Assembly: GCA_951406725.2 (NCBI GenBank)
Contig: OX597822.1
Coordinates: 104,718,001 to 104,782,000 of the forward strand
Length of the DNA: 64,000 nt
Direction of reading: 5' to 3'
Origin: Octopus vulgaris
Lineage: Eukaryota
Shown here piece after piece: positions 1 to 13,544 of this stretch; the first letter of the stretch is position 1; each line of letters starts with the position of its first letter. Position numbers and translations under genes: made by a program. The notes below the pieces were generated by a model. The model saw nothing but the letters and a program-made list of their open reading frames with translations. It ran no database searches and had not been told where the DNA came from.

Positions 1-11
1 ACAGACAAACA

Positions 12-52
<41 letters not shown>

Positions 53-594
53 GTGAGCGATAAGAAGTGGGACAGCGACTGAAATATCGACGTATGTAAC
101 GATAAAGAAGATACTTCCATACGACCCATTAAAAATATTCATCATTTACGCGGTACGTTTAATGCGTTATTAACGACGTAGGCAAACAAAAAAATTTCTA
201 TACATCTAATACGTATGATCTGTAGATAATGTTGACGGTTTGAGATTTGCAGAAGAGTTAATTGTATAAGCAAGCGTAACCTCAAATTTATTTGTATTAA
301 GATATATTTAAAATTTCCACCTGTTTTTGATTATTGTATTTGCTTCAGAATATTTGCGAAATGAGTGGGGTTAGAATACGGATTTTTATACCTTCTCAGT
401 ATTTTCTTGCTTTATTTCTTCAATTAATTTATCGTAGTGTTAATGTCAATCAAATGGCGTTTATACAACTGACCCAGTTTTTAGTCAACAACATTTTCAT
501 GTACGCTTCGTTGGTATCGTTATCTTCTTGTTCATATTCAAATTGCTTGTTTTTTTTTATTTCACATGTGTACCTCAGCTCCACATCAGAAAAG

Positions 595-636
595 AGTGTT
601 ATGTGTGCGTGCCAGTACATACATACATACGCATGT

Positions 637-674
<38 letters not shown>

Positions 675-851
675 GTATATATATATATACATGTGATCAT
701 ATACGCTAAACTCGTGACAATTACACCACACGCAAACATACACACACATAATATATTTTAAAAAAATTATGTGTGTATATGTGTGTGTTTGAGTGTATTT
801 GTGTATGTTTGCGTGTGGTGTAATTGTCGCGAATTGAGCGTATATGATCAC

Positions 852-896
<45 letters not shown>

Positions 897-1040
897 GTTG
901 TGTGTGTGTGTGTGTATTGGCACGCACACATAACACTATACATGTGATCATATACGCTCAACTCGCGACAATTACTCCACACTCAAGCATAAACACACAC
1001 TCAAGCACACACATACTCACACATATATATATATATTTAA
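595..1040. repeat. Inverted triplication: imperfect palindrome (595-937) followed by a third direct copy
   Basis: Unit ACATGTGATCATATACGCTMAACTCGYGACAATTAC occurs at ~689 (+), ~800-856 (-) and ~940 (+); outer arms AGTGTTATGTGTGCGTGCCA at 595 and its reverse complement ending at 937. Confidence 0.85.
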
Positions 1041-1616
1041 ACGTGTTTGTGTGCGCGTGCGTGTGCGTGCGTGTGTGTATATATACATAAACGTATATAT
1101 GTATAACTGCATATAGAGTGACAGAGCGATGGAAAGAACTGAGAGAGAATGGAGAACAGCAATGTAGCTTGCTTGAAACATCGTAGAATAAGTTGAGAAT
1201 TAGTGAGGTGTCGTAGGCGATAATAAAGCAAATGAAATACCAAAAGAAATATTTCAGTAATAAACATGTAAAATGTTACCTTGGACATATTTAATTGGTT
1301 TTCATATTTCCAATTAAACCTACCTTTTTTTTTTTTGCAGGAGCATTACTATACTAGAGATATATCTTACCTGTTTAGTTCATCTCATACATCGAATACT
1401 TGCTAGGGATATTTGCAATATCATATGTAATTGGTGAAGTACAGCATAATGACGAGTGTTGTATACCTCGGCTATCACAGACTGAATGAGATATATGTGT
1501 ACGAAGGGTAATTGGATCAACTATTTCGATGCTGGGTATCCATAGCTTTTATCGGCCATGGGCCTTCATTTAATTCAAGCTGGTTGTTAATTGCTGGCTT
1601 ATTTTCTGAGCAATAA

Positions 1617-1826
1617 GGCGGCGAGCTGGCAGAAACGTTAGCCGCATTTCGTCTGTCGTTACGTTCCGGGTTCAAATTCCGCTGAGGTCGACTTTGCCTT
1701 CCATCCTTTCGGGGTCGATAACTTAAGCACCAGTTACGCACTGGAGTCGATATAATCGACTTAATCCGTTTGTCTGTCCTTGTTTGTCCCCTCTGTGTTT
1801 AGCCTCTTTTGGGTAGTAAAGAAATA
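1617..1826 (+). mobile_element. tRNA-derived SINE, group A (short internal deletion)
   Basis: Head GGCGGCGAGCTGGCAGAA, B-box GTTCAAATTCC, body GCCTTCCATCCTTTCGGGGTCGATAA, tail GGGTAGTAAAGAAATA shared with many copies in the window. Confidence 0.9.
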
Positions 1827-2084
1827 TATAACTTTCTGAACAAATAGATTCTTTATGTGCCAATTATCAATCTAGACTGTATGGTAACTGCGGCCTCTTC
1901 GTTTATATACTGTCGTTTCTGAGATGTTTCTTTGTTTATGTTTTGTTGCATGCGTTTCCATGGTCTTGGATTGAAATATGGTCGGATCCTACTACCATTA
2001 AAACAATCGCTTTTTTGGCGGTAATTATGTCCATGTTACAGATGAAGCATTTGGCTAGCTCGCAAAAATAGCATTCAGGCGATA

Positions 2085-2849
2085 CGCCAATTTAGAATTA
2101 ATTCGATGTGGTGTCGAATCGTCGTCTCTCTACTCTTTAGGCTTTTATGGGCCTGGATGATTTCAGAATCGGTATTATAAACTCATTGTCGATATTTTCT
2201 CACAGCTACACAACTTTTCTGGACCCGAAATTTGGTGTCCGGAAGATACATATATAGATTGTGTCAGTTCTATGTAGCAGTTCTTAACTGATTACTTTAA
2301 TGTTAACAATGGAATGTTAATACTCCATTGTTAACACTGGCTAGAAGTGGGGGAACTTTGAAAGAAGTGTGTTAAAAAATTTTATATACAAATCAATCAC
2401 CATTTCTTACACCATCCATACATATTTTGGGAAGATTTCATCAATGCCATTACGCTGTTTAAAGTACACTAGAGTTCACCTGGTCGAGTCCTGTAGAATT
2501 CTGTAATCTTCTACCAATGGTAGCGTGCACAAAGCAGATTAAAATTCCACTTGATCAATTTCCCTTAAAATACACATTTCATACATTGCATTTTTGCATT
2601 TCTCATTACCTAAGCAAATACGGAACCTAACAAATGAAATGAAATCCTTTAGCTATCAGCTAGAATGCCGCTAAAATTTATGAACACTTTTGTTGTTTAC
2701 TTGAATCAGCGTCGCAGAATTGTTGCTGTGAATTTAGGAAATGTCGACCATGAGTTTGTAATACCGATTCTGAAATTCCCTAGGCCCATAAAAGCGTAGA
2801 GTAGAGAGACGATGATTCGATACCACACCGAACTAATATTAAATTGGCG
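2085..2849. repeat. Long inverted repeat (~120-bp arms, ~520-bp spacer), possible decayed MITE or foldback element
   Basis: 2085-2206 matches the reverse complement of 2725-2849 at roughly 85% by eye. Confidence 0.8.
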
Positions 2850-3974
2850 AACAGTCTGAAAGCCATCATTGATTCTTCTGGTAGAAAAATTTAGAAATGA
2901 CTGGAGTAATCTCCTGTGATATGAATGGTAAAATTTCCAATGATATGGAAATATAACCATATGAATAGTGAAACTAAAACATTGCTTTATTTGTTCCTTT
3001 TTTTCTTTTATATTTTAATGTAATACATTGACCTTTGAGCGAATAAAATTACAATATGAATATTGATTTCAAGGGAAATTTACCGATAAACTTTATTAAA
3101 TTCTGCGTAAAGAATACGTACATCAATATTAATGTCTTCGGGTCACTGTTATTTTCATGAAGCTACATCATTTCCGGAGGATAAAAAGTGCTATCACTAT
3201 ACTATTTCAATTTACATTTTATTCTACTTTGTTATGTAAATACTACATAGATTTCCAATAACTACGTAATGAAACTCATTTAAATTTTAATTTTTAATTT
3301 AAATTGTTTTAATCTCAATTACTTACGTATTAGCAGCTATTCATATATGAAATTAGCCAGGGACATTAAACATAGTATTCATTTTTTTTCTTCTTAATTT
3401 TAATTTTATTTCGAAACGAGAAGAAAATTTCTCTTCCTCTGTACATTTAATTTGTAGTAAATAATAATTTGGATGATCTCACATAACAAAGCTTTGTAAG
3501 ATTATTTTTACTACGGTGCATTCCTGGTACTTTTTACATTGATATCAAAGTGATGGAATACAATGTTAAATCTAGTTGTATTTCACCTCTCATGCGAAAC
3601 GATGAGTACCAACTTTGATTTGTCGTTCTCATTTTGAGACCGAATGTATCTAGTAATGTTGAAGTATCTACATAGCCAACCGACCAGGTAGAAATAGGAA
3701 TCAAATCAACCGAAAAAGAAGGAATCATTGCAAAATAATGACTCGTATGTTGTAGGTGTGAGAAGTATGTAAAATATAATGGCGGATGAGATGATGTGAG
3801 CATAAGTTTGCAACAATGTCTAGACATTGGCATAGGTATAAGGCGAAGACGGCTTATTTTGTCTCCAGCAGCAAAAGATACGTAAGATATATAGACATAA
3901 ACAAAAACGGGTAGAATACACTATTTGAAATAGACACACACAGAACACTCATATCCGTATGTGCGTAACTGATA

Positions 3975-4357
3975 TCTCTCTCTATATAAACGGCAGTTTG
4001 TCTGTGCGTTTTCTGTGTGTCTGTTTTCTCGTACCCTCACCCTGACCACGGCTTTCAACCGATTCTGATGAAACTTGACACACACATAGCCCAATGTCAT
4101 AATTCAAAACTAACGCAGCGATAATTTTGAAAAGTTCCCCCAGTTCTGAAAAAATCGATAAATTTCACATGGGGTCGAGAATCAGAAACCCAAACCACAG
4201 ACCGTCTAGGGGACGCAACTCCACCTTTTTTAACCCTCAAAAAAAATTTGCCATAATTTTTTTTCCATTTTTTTGCTATTTTTTGGCTATAACTCTCTAA
4301 AAATGCTTTATAGTTATTTCCCTTACAAACCTGAGCAACGCCGGGCGATACTGCTAG
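3975..4357 (+). mobile_element. Non-autonomous Helitron
   Basis: 5' TC, 3' CTAG, inserted between A and T without TSD; GC-rich subterminal hairpin region CCTGAGCAACGCCGGG; 3' end shared by 4 copies. Confidence 0.8.
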
Positions 4358-4527
4358 TATATATATATATATAACTTAGATAAATTAGATATGTTTCGAC
4401 CAAAGATTGGTCCAGGCCATGTCTAACTTAATAGCACCACCTGATAGGATTATTCGAATCCTGTTTAAGTCAAGTTTTATTCAAGTAGTGAGTTCTTGTT
4501 GGGTGAGTTGTATCCAATTATGGGTGG

Positions 4528-4580
<53 letters not shown>

Positions 4581-4584
<4 letters not shown>

Positions 4585-4815
4585 AGAGTTTACGAAAAAA
4601 GCAAAAGACGAAGACAGGTTGTGTACAAAACAAAGAGATGTATTAGTATAACGCTCAAGAATATATAGTCTTTTACGTTTCGAGCCTACGTTCTTCTACA
4701 GAAAGGGACTCAGAAAAAAACAAGTAGAGAAACAAGGAGAGAAAAAAAGGAGAGTCAAAAACAAGGAGAGAAAAAAATGAAAAACATATATATATATATA
4801 TAATGCGTGTAGTGG

Positions 4816-4820
<5 letters not shown>
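4581..4820 (-). mobile_element. Probable Penelope-like terminal repeat fragment with hammerhead-like core
   Basis: Minus strand 4668-4709 reads CTGTAGA-AGAAC-GTAG-GCTC-GAAACGTA; embedded in (AT)n. Confidence 0.45.
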
Positions 4821-4893
<73 letters not shown>

Positions 4894-4901
4894 ATATATT
4901 T

Positions 4902-4981
<80 letters not shown>

Positions 4982-5099
4982 GTATGTGTGTGTATACAGA
5001 CATGCAGGAAGTAAATAGACAATTTTAATTTTCAAAATCTTTTATTTAATACGCAAAGTGAACAATTAAAATGTAATCGATAGGTAGGACTACATACTT

Positions 5100-6090
5100 T
5101 AGTATTTAGTTGACATTCCCTTTACAGTTTTTAATTCAGAAACTCTTTTTGTCACTGAACTGATGAGCTTTGTGATTGTCTCTTGTGGAATTTCTGCGCA
5201 CGGTTCACGCAACAATCGAAACAATTCATCTTTAGATTTATGTGTCTGTCAAGTTTTCGTTAAGCTCTATCTAGTATGCTTCAAAGATTTTCAATTGGGT
5301 TCATGTCAGGAGATTGTCTCGGCGAAAGAAGCTTTTTGATCCTATTTTCAGTCAGCCCATTGTTGATTCCTTTTGGCTGTGTGGCATAGAGCCCCATCTT
5401 CCATGAATAAAAACTCAATTTTCGTTATATTATCTTGTGAATACATCGGAAGTAGTCACTGCTTAAGTATTTCGATGTATTTTTCAGAGTTTATGGTTCC
5501 AACACATTCGATCAGCTCAGAACGACCATTGCTGGTGACAGTTCCCCATACCATTACAGGGATACCGCCATGTTTCACAGTTGGTTGGAATCGTTTCAAA
5601 TCAAATTCTGGATTATGAAGCCTCCAGTCCCAAGCACGTCCTCTGCCTGAAAATAATGCAAATCTTGATTTATCTGAGCAAATCCCTCTATCCCAAATTA
5701 AACTGGATTTTTCTGACATCTCCTTAGCCCATTTGTTTCTTTTCATTGGTTGAAGGAGAGGTTTTCTTCTAGCTACTCGTCCATAATACCCAAGCTTATG
5801 CAGACATGTAACACATGTTCTTGGTCTAACTTCTAGCTGTTTTGCAATGTCAGAAGTCGTAGAACGGAGTTCGTGTTCTACAATTCCCTTCAAACGGTGA
5901 AGCTTCCTTTCCGAAGGCCATTGCTAGAACGAATTAATGAAATGAGTCAATGATGAAGCCCCTAGAAATGTAAGGCCCTTCTATGAATCTTGAGTCCGAC
6001 CAAATATTTGCACATTCTATTGCATAATGCACAGCTGTGTTTGATGTCAGAACAAACAGGTGCTACTATATGAAATCTTTTGGCATGTTT
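5100..6090 (-). pseudogene. Decayed Tc1-family (DD34E) transposase
   Basis: Motifs YYGRVARRKPLL, WDRGICSDKSRF, PTVKHGGIPVMVWG in ORF 5456-5893; then frameshifted FMEDGALCHTAK and PRQSPDMNPIENL*. Confidence 0.9.
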
Positions 6091-6277
6091 TTTCAATCAT
6101 GAAATTGAATGGTACACCTTTCCACACGTTCCACATGTTCTTTTGTGAACAATAGCTGTATCATAATTTGCAAGGGGTTCGCTCCTGTGAGTTATCTCAT
6201 GGCTAATCATACCTATATGACTCAAATATTTCCTCCCACAAATCACACGTAAAAGATTCCTGACTTTCCATGTATGA

Positions 6278-6324
6278 ATGAATATATGTAAGTATGTGTG
6301 TATGTATGTGTATATGTATGTATA

Positions 6325-6423
<99 letters not shown>

Positions 6424-6550
6424 AAATATATATATATATATGTATGTATGTATGTATTTATGTATGTATTATATATGTATGTAGATATGTTTGTAGCTGT
6501 GTAACTAGATATGTGTGCGTGTATGTATATGAGTGTATATGTATATACAT
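6278..6550. repeat. (AT)n/(ATGT)n compound microsatellite; representative of dozens in the window (e.g. 18820-18950, 35150-35775, 37370-37560)
   Basis: Directly visible; source of the YIYIYI and CVCV pseudo-ORFs. Confidence 0.98.
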
Positions 6551-6584
6551 GGGAAGGTAGTTATGTTTATCTATGTCTATGCAT

Positions 6585-6870
6585 AACTCTAAATCGCACT
6601 CACGAGTGCAAGATTTCAGATTCGATTCCCAGTCTGGACGTTGTGTTGTGTTCTTGATCAACGCACTTCATTTCACCTTGCTCTGCGATCACTTAGCCAT
6701 CTGACATGTGGTACATGGTGCACCAGTACAGGTCATGTCGATTTGATGGAGGGAGAGAAAGAGAGCTTATATGAGTACAAACATTTGATCACTATTAACA
6801 AATCATCCGTGTGGTTGTTCAGCAGGAAATTGCCGGACCCTCATCTGTTGTTTAACGACGGGAGATCCAA
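6585..6870 (+). mobile_element. Old, diverged tRNA-derived SINE related to group B
   Basis: B-box-like GATTCGATTCCC followed by GTTGTGTTCTTGATCAACGCACTTCATTTCAC. Confidence 0.5.
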
Positions 6871-6915
<45 letters not shown>

Positions 6916-6969
6916 GTGTGTGTGTGTACATATATATATACTTATATATATATACGTGTGTGTGTACAC

Positions 6970-7125
6970 GATCATGCATGTCGCAGTTTCCGTCAAATAG
7001 TGTCCACTGGCAAACCATGAGTGAAGCCTTGGCAATAGTGGAAGACACTTCTTAGGGCTCTGTGCTGTTTGGATGGAATGTGGAACAATGTAGCTGCGAA
7101 GCGAACTTCTTAGTCTCATAGCCTT
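6970..7125 (-). mobile_element. Diverged SINE group C 5' fragment
   Basis: CAGTTTCCGTC...GCAATAGTGGAAGACACTT resembles the reverse complement of the group C core. Confidence 0.55.
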
Positions 7126-7773
7126 ACAGATGCTTAAGTGTCTGTCCGTGATACCTACTGATAAAGAAATATGTGTTCCCAGCTGTCCTCATGTCTACAA
7201 ACAATCCAACTGCCTGGTTATATAATGATGTATCAATTTCTGAGAACTCATGATTCTTGAGATAATTTATTTCTTCGCATTAGACGTTGCTCCCAATAAC
7301 CACCAAGTGATTTTTCTGCCTGCTTTGGATGCAAGCAGCATATCAAGAAATTAAGTCTTTAACATGTATGGTATTTCAATATTCACTTCTCTGTATTGTT
7401 TAAATATATGTCACTAACCACATTAAATCATTTCCCTTGCGACATTTCAGATTATAAGTGTATGTGTGTTTGTGTGTACTGTGTAATATTTATATGTATA
7501 TACATACATATATAAGTATGTGTGTGTGTGTGTGAGTGTTTTCTTCTTCCATCTTTCCGGAAATTCTCAAGTAGACATGAGTCATACCATATTTTTGGAG
7601 CACTTGCAGTGCATATATTTTGATGCGGTAGATATATATACGCTCGAATAAGTGTATGAACCTGAAGTGGTGATATGTTGAATAAATTAACTGATACTCC
7701 AGTATTTTCTTTTACCCAAAGTTAGGAACTCTTCAGCACCCCTCGTCCTTGTCTGTTTGTGTATAGGTATATA

Positions 7774-7817
<44 letters not shown>

Positions 7818-8227
7818 GATACATATATGCGGAGAGAGAGAGAGAAAACCAGAGAGTGAAATCCAGAGAGTGAGAGAGAGAGAAAGAAAGAGAGATACAT
7901 ATAGATATAATTTGTGTGTGTGTAAACACATAATACATATATGTATGTTTGTATGAGCATAAAGACAGGCAAGAAATTCGAAGAATCTGCCTTGTCTCTT
8001 TCATCGAGTTAGTCTCTTTTTTTTTCTACTCTATTGCCAGAATAATCTATTGGGAAAACTGCAAACAGCGATGCTATAATTCATCATTTTACGCCGAAAA
8101 TTTATGGTTTCAAATTCTTACGGAATGCCAGCTGTTTTACAAAGAGGGTATAATAGATACTTGAGTGGTATTTTACTTCAGCAACCTAGAATTGAAGTTT
8201 ATAGCCGACTTAATCCAGGTAGAATAT

Positions 8228-8437
8228 TGGTTTTAAATTTTGGCACAAAGCCTGCATGTTCGAGGCATGTATAAGTAAACTATATCGACCCCAGTGTTCG
8301 ACTAGTACTTATTCTATCCACCCCGAATGGATGAAAGGTAAAATTGAACTCGGTTTAGTTTGGACTCTGAACCTGACGGATAAATTGCTGCTAAGCATTT
8401 TTCCGGTGCGATTACGATTCTGCCAGCCCGCCACCTT
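8228..8437 (-). mobile_element. Diverged SINE group A
   Basis: ATCGACCCCAGTG...CCCCGAATGGATGAAAGG...CTGCCAGCCCGCCACCTT. Confidence 0.75.
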
Positions 8438-10273
8438 ACACCAGGTAGAATATTACGGTAACTATTTAAGTATTTGGACAAGGAGTCGAGGAGAAAGACA
8501 AGTTAAAGTAAGTCTGGAGAGAAATTAAAAACACACATAATATTTTTAAAGTTCAATGAGCCATGCGGAAACTTTTAGGCTTCTTTTGTATTGATTATCG
8601 TTCAATATTTAAATGTCTTTTTGCAGCAAGTGTTTAAGTAGTTTCCTGTCACTTATTATTAAATCATTTCAGAAATTCGCGAATGCACTATTTCATTTTA
8701 TTTTAATCTATTGTGATAATAGTCATTCGGTAGCCACTGTTTATCACCGTGGACACGGTAAGATGCGTTTCTGTTTTAGCATCACCTCTCTATATTATAT
8801 ATCAAATATGCCTTTCCTTCGGGTAGTTTGGCTCAAAACAAGATGTAACATTGAAAGCGTTTATGTCATCTTTTATCGTATCTTTTCCAACTGCTTATTT
8901 TAATCTGATATATCAAACCGTGTTTAAGACAATCCAATGTCCTTTAGGGAAGGTTGGCTGTTCTACTATACTGACCTGCTGCATTCACATCCTATCATTA
9001 ATTTATTCGTACTGATATAGTTAGTTACAGAAGCTCCACATAAAACGTACTTCTCATCAGACGTTCGCCGTTTGAACATCTGATGATATAGACATGTTCC
9101 GCGCGCTCACGAAACCGTACTTTATATAGATATGAGTCAAACTGTTATTTAAATGCACAAAACGTCAGCCAGTCAAACTGCTATTTGCTACTTTCTTTCA
9201 TGTGTTCACTATCTTGTAAGATAAATCTCTAGATATATTATTTGCTTATGCCACAACTTTTCGTTCATTCTCAAATTTGGTGGTTACGATTTCCTTCTTC
9301 ACCGGGAAATCAATTATTGAAAATTTTGAATAAGTGTGAAAATAATGAATAATACAAAGCAAAACAACACTCACTTATTTTCCCTCGATATTACTACATA
9401 ATTATGTGCTTACCAATGTTTTTTGTCTCAACTCAATTCTCTTTGATGTCAATGAACTGTAATATTTTTTCTGTTTTATTATTATTAAATACACTTCTTT
9501 CTCTATACAGATCGAAGCACAGAGAAAGGCGCCTATGCATCTCAAACAACTCCCATCACCAATTTTATAGCACTAGTAATTGTCATGCGGGAATTGTGGG
9601 GTCAACAATTTCTGTCGACTTCTTTCATAAGTTATATTTATTTTTTGTTCAATTAATGCTAATAATGACATTCCTGAACTACGTATTTCTTTTATAGTAT
9701 ATGATTAAATTAATTTGTTCATTAGCGTTAGTATGTGTTGGTTTCTTTTTTCTGTTACACTTGTTCCTTTTTCTCTTCCTTTTTTTTCTAAACATAATTC
9801 CCTTCTGATCTGCTTCCATTGCGCTGTTGCTGTAGCAATATTTATTCATTTGATTTTTTTCCTAACATATTAGTGTAGATTATCTGGTTTTAGCGTTTTG
9901 TTCGTTATCAAATGAATTTTGTTCTGTAAGTGTGTCACTTGGGAGAAATCAATTCGAGACACATAATCAGTGATCGGAAACTATTTATGCTGAGATCCAA
10001 AATCAATGTACTAGAAATCCTTTTGACGGAAATTCTAGCCGAAACAATCTTTGTGGTAACAACAAGGTGGCTGGAGTACCGTTGCATTTGTTACGTGTCG
10101 GCCATTGTTGCTATCGGTAAATTTAAGTTGTGATCGACTAATGTCATATTTTGCAGCTTTCTGCTTTCCAGCACTGCAACTAGTTTTCTCTGCTTAACTG
10201 AAAAATCATATCGGAAATCGATTGTTACTTAATGAAAAACTTTAAATATTACGACTTTGAACGTTATTTGTGA

Positions 10274-10457
10274 CTAGCAGTATCGCCCGGCGTTGCTCAG
10301 GTTTGTAAGGGAAATAACTATAAAGCATTTTTAGAGAGTTATAGCCAAAAAATAGCAAAAAAATGGAAAAAAAATGATGGTAAATTTTTTTTGAGGGTAC
10401 GAGAAAACAGACACACAGAAACACGCACAGACAAACTGCCGTTTATATAGAGAGAGA
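10274..10457 (-). mobile_element. Non-autonomous Helitron, internally deleted derivative of the 3975-4357 family
   Basis: Same TC and CTAG ends, A|T site; deletion joins two ACCCTCA repeats. Confidence 0.8.
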
Positions 10458-10626
10458 TACTCAAACACTATTCACATTTGAGTTTCTTAGACTTGCTACA
10501 CACATCACTTTCGTTCTCGCTATCTTTCTCTCTCCTCTTTTATGTATATACGTGTGTATATTATGTATATATATATATATGTTTCTGTGCATGTGTGTGT
10601 TTGAGTGTGTCTGTATGTGTAAATAT

Positions 10627-10694
<68 letters not shown>

Positions 10695-11525
10695 GTGTAT
10701 ATATATAAATATCTGCATATGTATATATGTAAGTGAGTACAAATACACACATGTGTGTATATATTTATATGCATAAATGCTAAGCATTTCGTCCGCTGTA
10801 CCAATGATTCACCCAGCTCGCCGTCTAATGATTTCTAAATTTTCTTATAAAGACACAGATATTAGAGGGTGTGCATAAGCGGGATATCTGAGGGCGTGTA
10901 TTCCCCGTTATAGGAAATTTAGCAAATCTAATGGTTTACATTATATTAAAATAGGGAAGTTTAATAGACGAAATAGTTTTTTTTGTTATTCCTTTATTTT
11001 CTTTACATTCTTCTGCAAAATTTTAGATGCGTTGACGCCATTTTCTCTTTTGTCTCTCGTTAAGTTGACATGATTAATCACTCTCAACTTCGCTATTTGG
11101 GTACATTTTATGATAAGCAACGAATAGAATACAGTGTCAATTTAACACTTTTCATACTAAGAAATGCTATCGTATATCCATGTATTGCTTCAAGTAGCTA
11201 CACAACCGTTAAAATCAATTTGTTCAAGCAAAATACATCCGGAATATAATTAACTTCGAAACTCACCTGAAATTGGAATTCGGTGACTAATTTGCTTTTT
11301 CCCGACAATATACATTTTCATCTTTATCTGATACTGGTATGTCTTCTTACCTACTTTCAGCAAATTTTACACTGTAGCTTATATAAATTTATACGCACAT
11401 GATTCATTCAAACATCTATTGCTAATTTATATTATATAATTCTTCCGTTACTCATATAATGGGAGACAGTACGAAATCGATTGAGATTGCATAGACGTAT
11501 TAAACACTCTAAACAAAAGAAAGTG

Positions 11526-11865
11526 CAGTGGTTAAGGCAGCGAACTCGCGGTCGGAGGATCGCGGTTTCGATTCCCAGACCGGGCGTTGTGTGTGTTTAT
11601 TGAGCGAAAACACCTAAAGCTCCCTGAGGCTCCGGCAGGGCGTGGTGGCGATCCCTGTTGTACTCTTTCGCTCCAACTTTCTCTCACTCTTTCTTCCTGT
11701 TTCTTGTCCCCGACTTCCTACGCGAGCCTGGATGCGCATTCATCCATCCGTCGATGCTCTCGGTGTCGGGGGTTGACCTGCTTTCTCTTCTGCGGGTCCT
11801 ACGAATAGCAAAGGACCGCGTTTCGGACTTCTCCCACTACAGAGTAGACCGCTTCGCTCAACAAA
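11526..11865 (+). mobile_element. SINE group B, tail variant 2
   Basis: A-box AGTGGTTAAGG, B-box GTTTCGATTCC, shared B body, distinct GC-rich 3' tail; approximate TSD AAACAAAAGAAAGTGC/AAACAAAGAATGTGC. Confidence 0.85.
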
Positions 11866-12079
11866 CAAAGAATGTGCCGCTGTTTTATGCATATTCGGAT
11901 TTAAACCCAAATGTATTCGAAAATTTTTATGTAATATTTCCATTGAAATTTTGCAAATCATTTGGTTGGAGTTAAAAATGTTATTAGGTGTTTTTCTCTT
12001 GGACTGAAAGTACGATTATTATTAGACAAAATACTTCAGGCCATGTGCCTTTAGTAGAAAGAATTATTAGACATAATTA

Positions 12080-12480
12080 AGGTGGCGAGCGGGCAGCAAC
12101 ATTAGCACGCCGGGCGAAATGCCTAGCGGTATTTCGTCTGCCGCTACGTTCTCAGTTCAAATTCCGCCGAGGTCGACTTTGCCTTTCATCCTTTCGGGGT
12201 CGATAAATTAAGTACCAGTTACGCACTGGGGTCGATATAATCGACTTAATCCATTTGTCTGTCCTTGTTTGTCCTCTCTGTATTTAGTCCCTTGTGAGTA
12301 GTAAAGAAATAGGTATTTCGTCTGCCGCTACGTTCTGCGATCAAATTCCGCCGAGGTTAACTTTGCCTTCCAAACTTTCGGGGTAGATCATTTAGGTACC
12401 AGTTGAGTTTTGGGGTCGATGTAATCGACTAGACCGCTCACTCAAAATTTTAGGCCTTGTGTCCATAGGAGAAAGGATTT
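12080..12480 (+). mobile_element. SINE group A head-to-tail dimer (second unit from 12312, different tail)
   Basis: 13-bp TSD TTAGACATAATTA (12067-12079, 12481-12493) brackets both units. Confidence 0.85.
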
Positions 12481-12685
12481 TTAGACATAATTACTATAAA
12501 ATTCAATATACTCGTTGGGGAGAATATCCCTTTATTGAATCGTAATGTTTATTGACATCCAAAATGAGACTTTCACACGTTCACCAGCTCATTTACATAT
12601 TGGGTACTTAATATGTAAAGTGGTTTTCCCTCAATAATATTGTTGATTTTTTAAACATACATTCAAACATATTTTTAACCTCCTC

Positions 12686-12866
12686 GTATTTCGTCTGCCG
12701 TTACGTTCTGAGTTCAAATTCCGCCGAGGTCGACTTTGCCTTTCATCCTTTCGGGGTCGATAAATTAAGTACCAGTTACACACAGGAGTCGATGTAATCG
12801 ACTTAATCCATTTGTCTGTCCTTGTTTGTCCCTTCTATGTTTACCCCCTTGTGGGTAATAAAGAAA
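12686..12866 (+). mobile_element. 5'-truncated SINE group A
   Basis: Begins GTATTTCGTCTGCCG; flanking duplication ATATTTTTAACCTCC. Confidence 0.9.
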
Positions 12867-13209
12867 CATATATTTTTAACCTCCCTATACATCCCGTGGT
12901 TCCTCGACGGTCCTCTCAGCAGACAGGAACCGAGATGGATTAAGTTTGGTTTCGATACATCGTCCTCACCTTTTTTAATCTTACAACCTGGTTGTTGAGA
13001 AATCCTGTGGTTTTCAATCACAATGTTTTTTTATAGTGATTCTAAAATGTCTATTAAATAAGCTATCCTAATTTATTATTGCAATTTATTCTCGTTATCC
13101 AAGTATATATGTATGTTGTTGTCTTCATCATTTCGTGGTGTAAAGGCACACACACGCACACACACACACTCACACACACATACACATATCCATATATAAA
13201 CGGAGAGAT

Positions 13210-13470
13210 ATCATGTGATTAACCAGGCTATCATATGATGTTACACATCGCTGATTACCATGTACTTTCCATAGTTTTGGCCTTTGAATAACGTCACCCC
13301 GTTAGCTTGGCGAGTACGTCAACATACTCCCCCTGATTGAAAGCGGATACTGGAGTAACCTGATATGAAGCGTCTTGCTCAAGAACACAACGCGCTTCCT
13401 GGTTTGAGAATCGATCCCATGATCTAGCGATCTAGAGTGCAACTGCCTAACCACTAGGCCATGCACTTTC
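13210..13470 (-). mobile_element. Diverged SINE group B (tail variant 4-like)
   Basis: GATGTTACACATCGCTG and GAATCGATCCC...CTAACCACTAGGCCAT resemble the copies at 25675 and 56364. Confidence 0.65.
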
Positions 13471-13481
13471 ACACACACACA

Positions 13482-13544
<63 letters not shown>

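Noticed and set aside
3534-3833. 99-aa non-repetitive ORF
   Set aside because: No recognisable motif or splice context; length compatible with chance
11258-11280. Minus-strand TTTCAG|GTGAGT recursive splice site
   Set aside because: Weak pyrimidine tract; one such match is unsurprising in 64 kb
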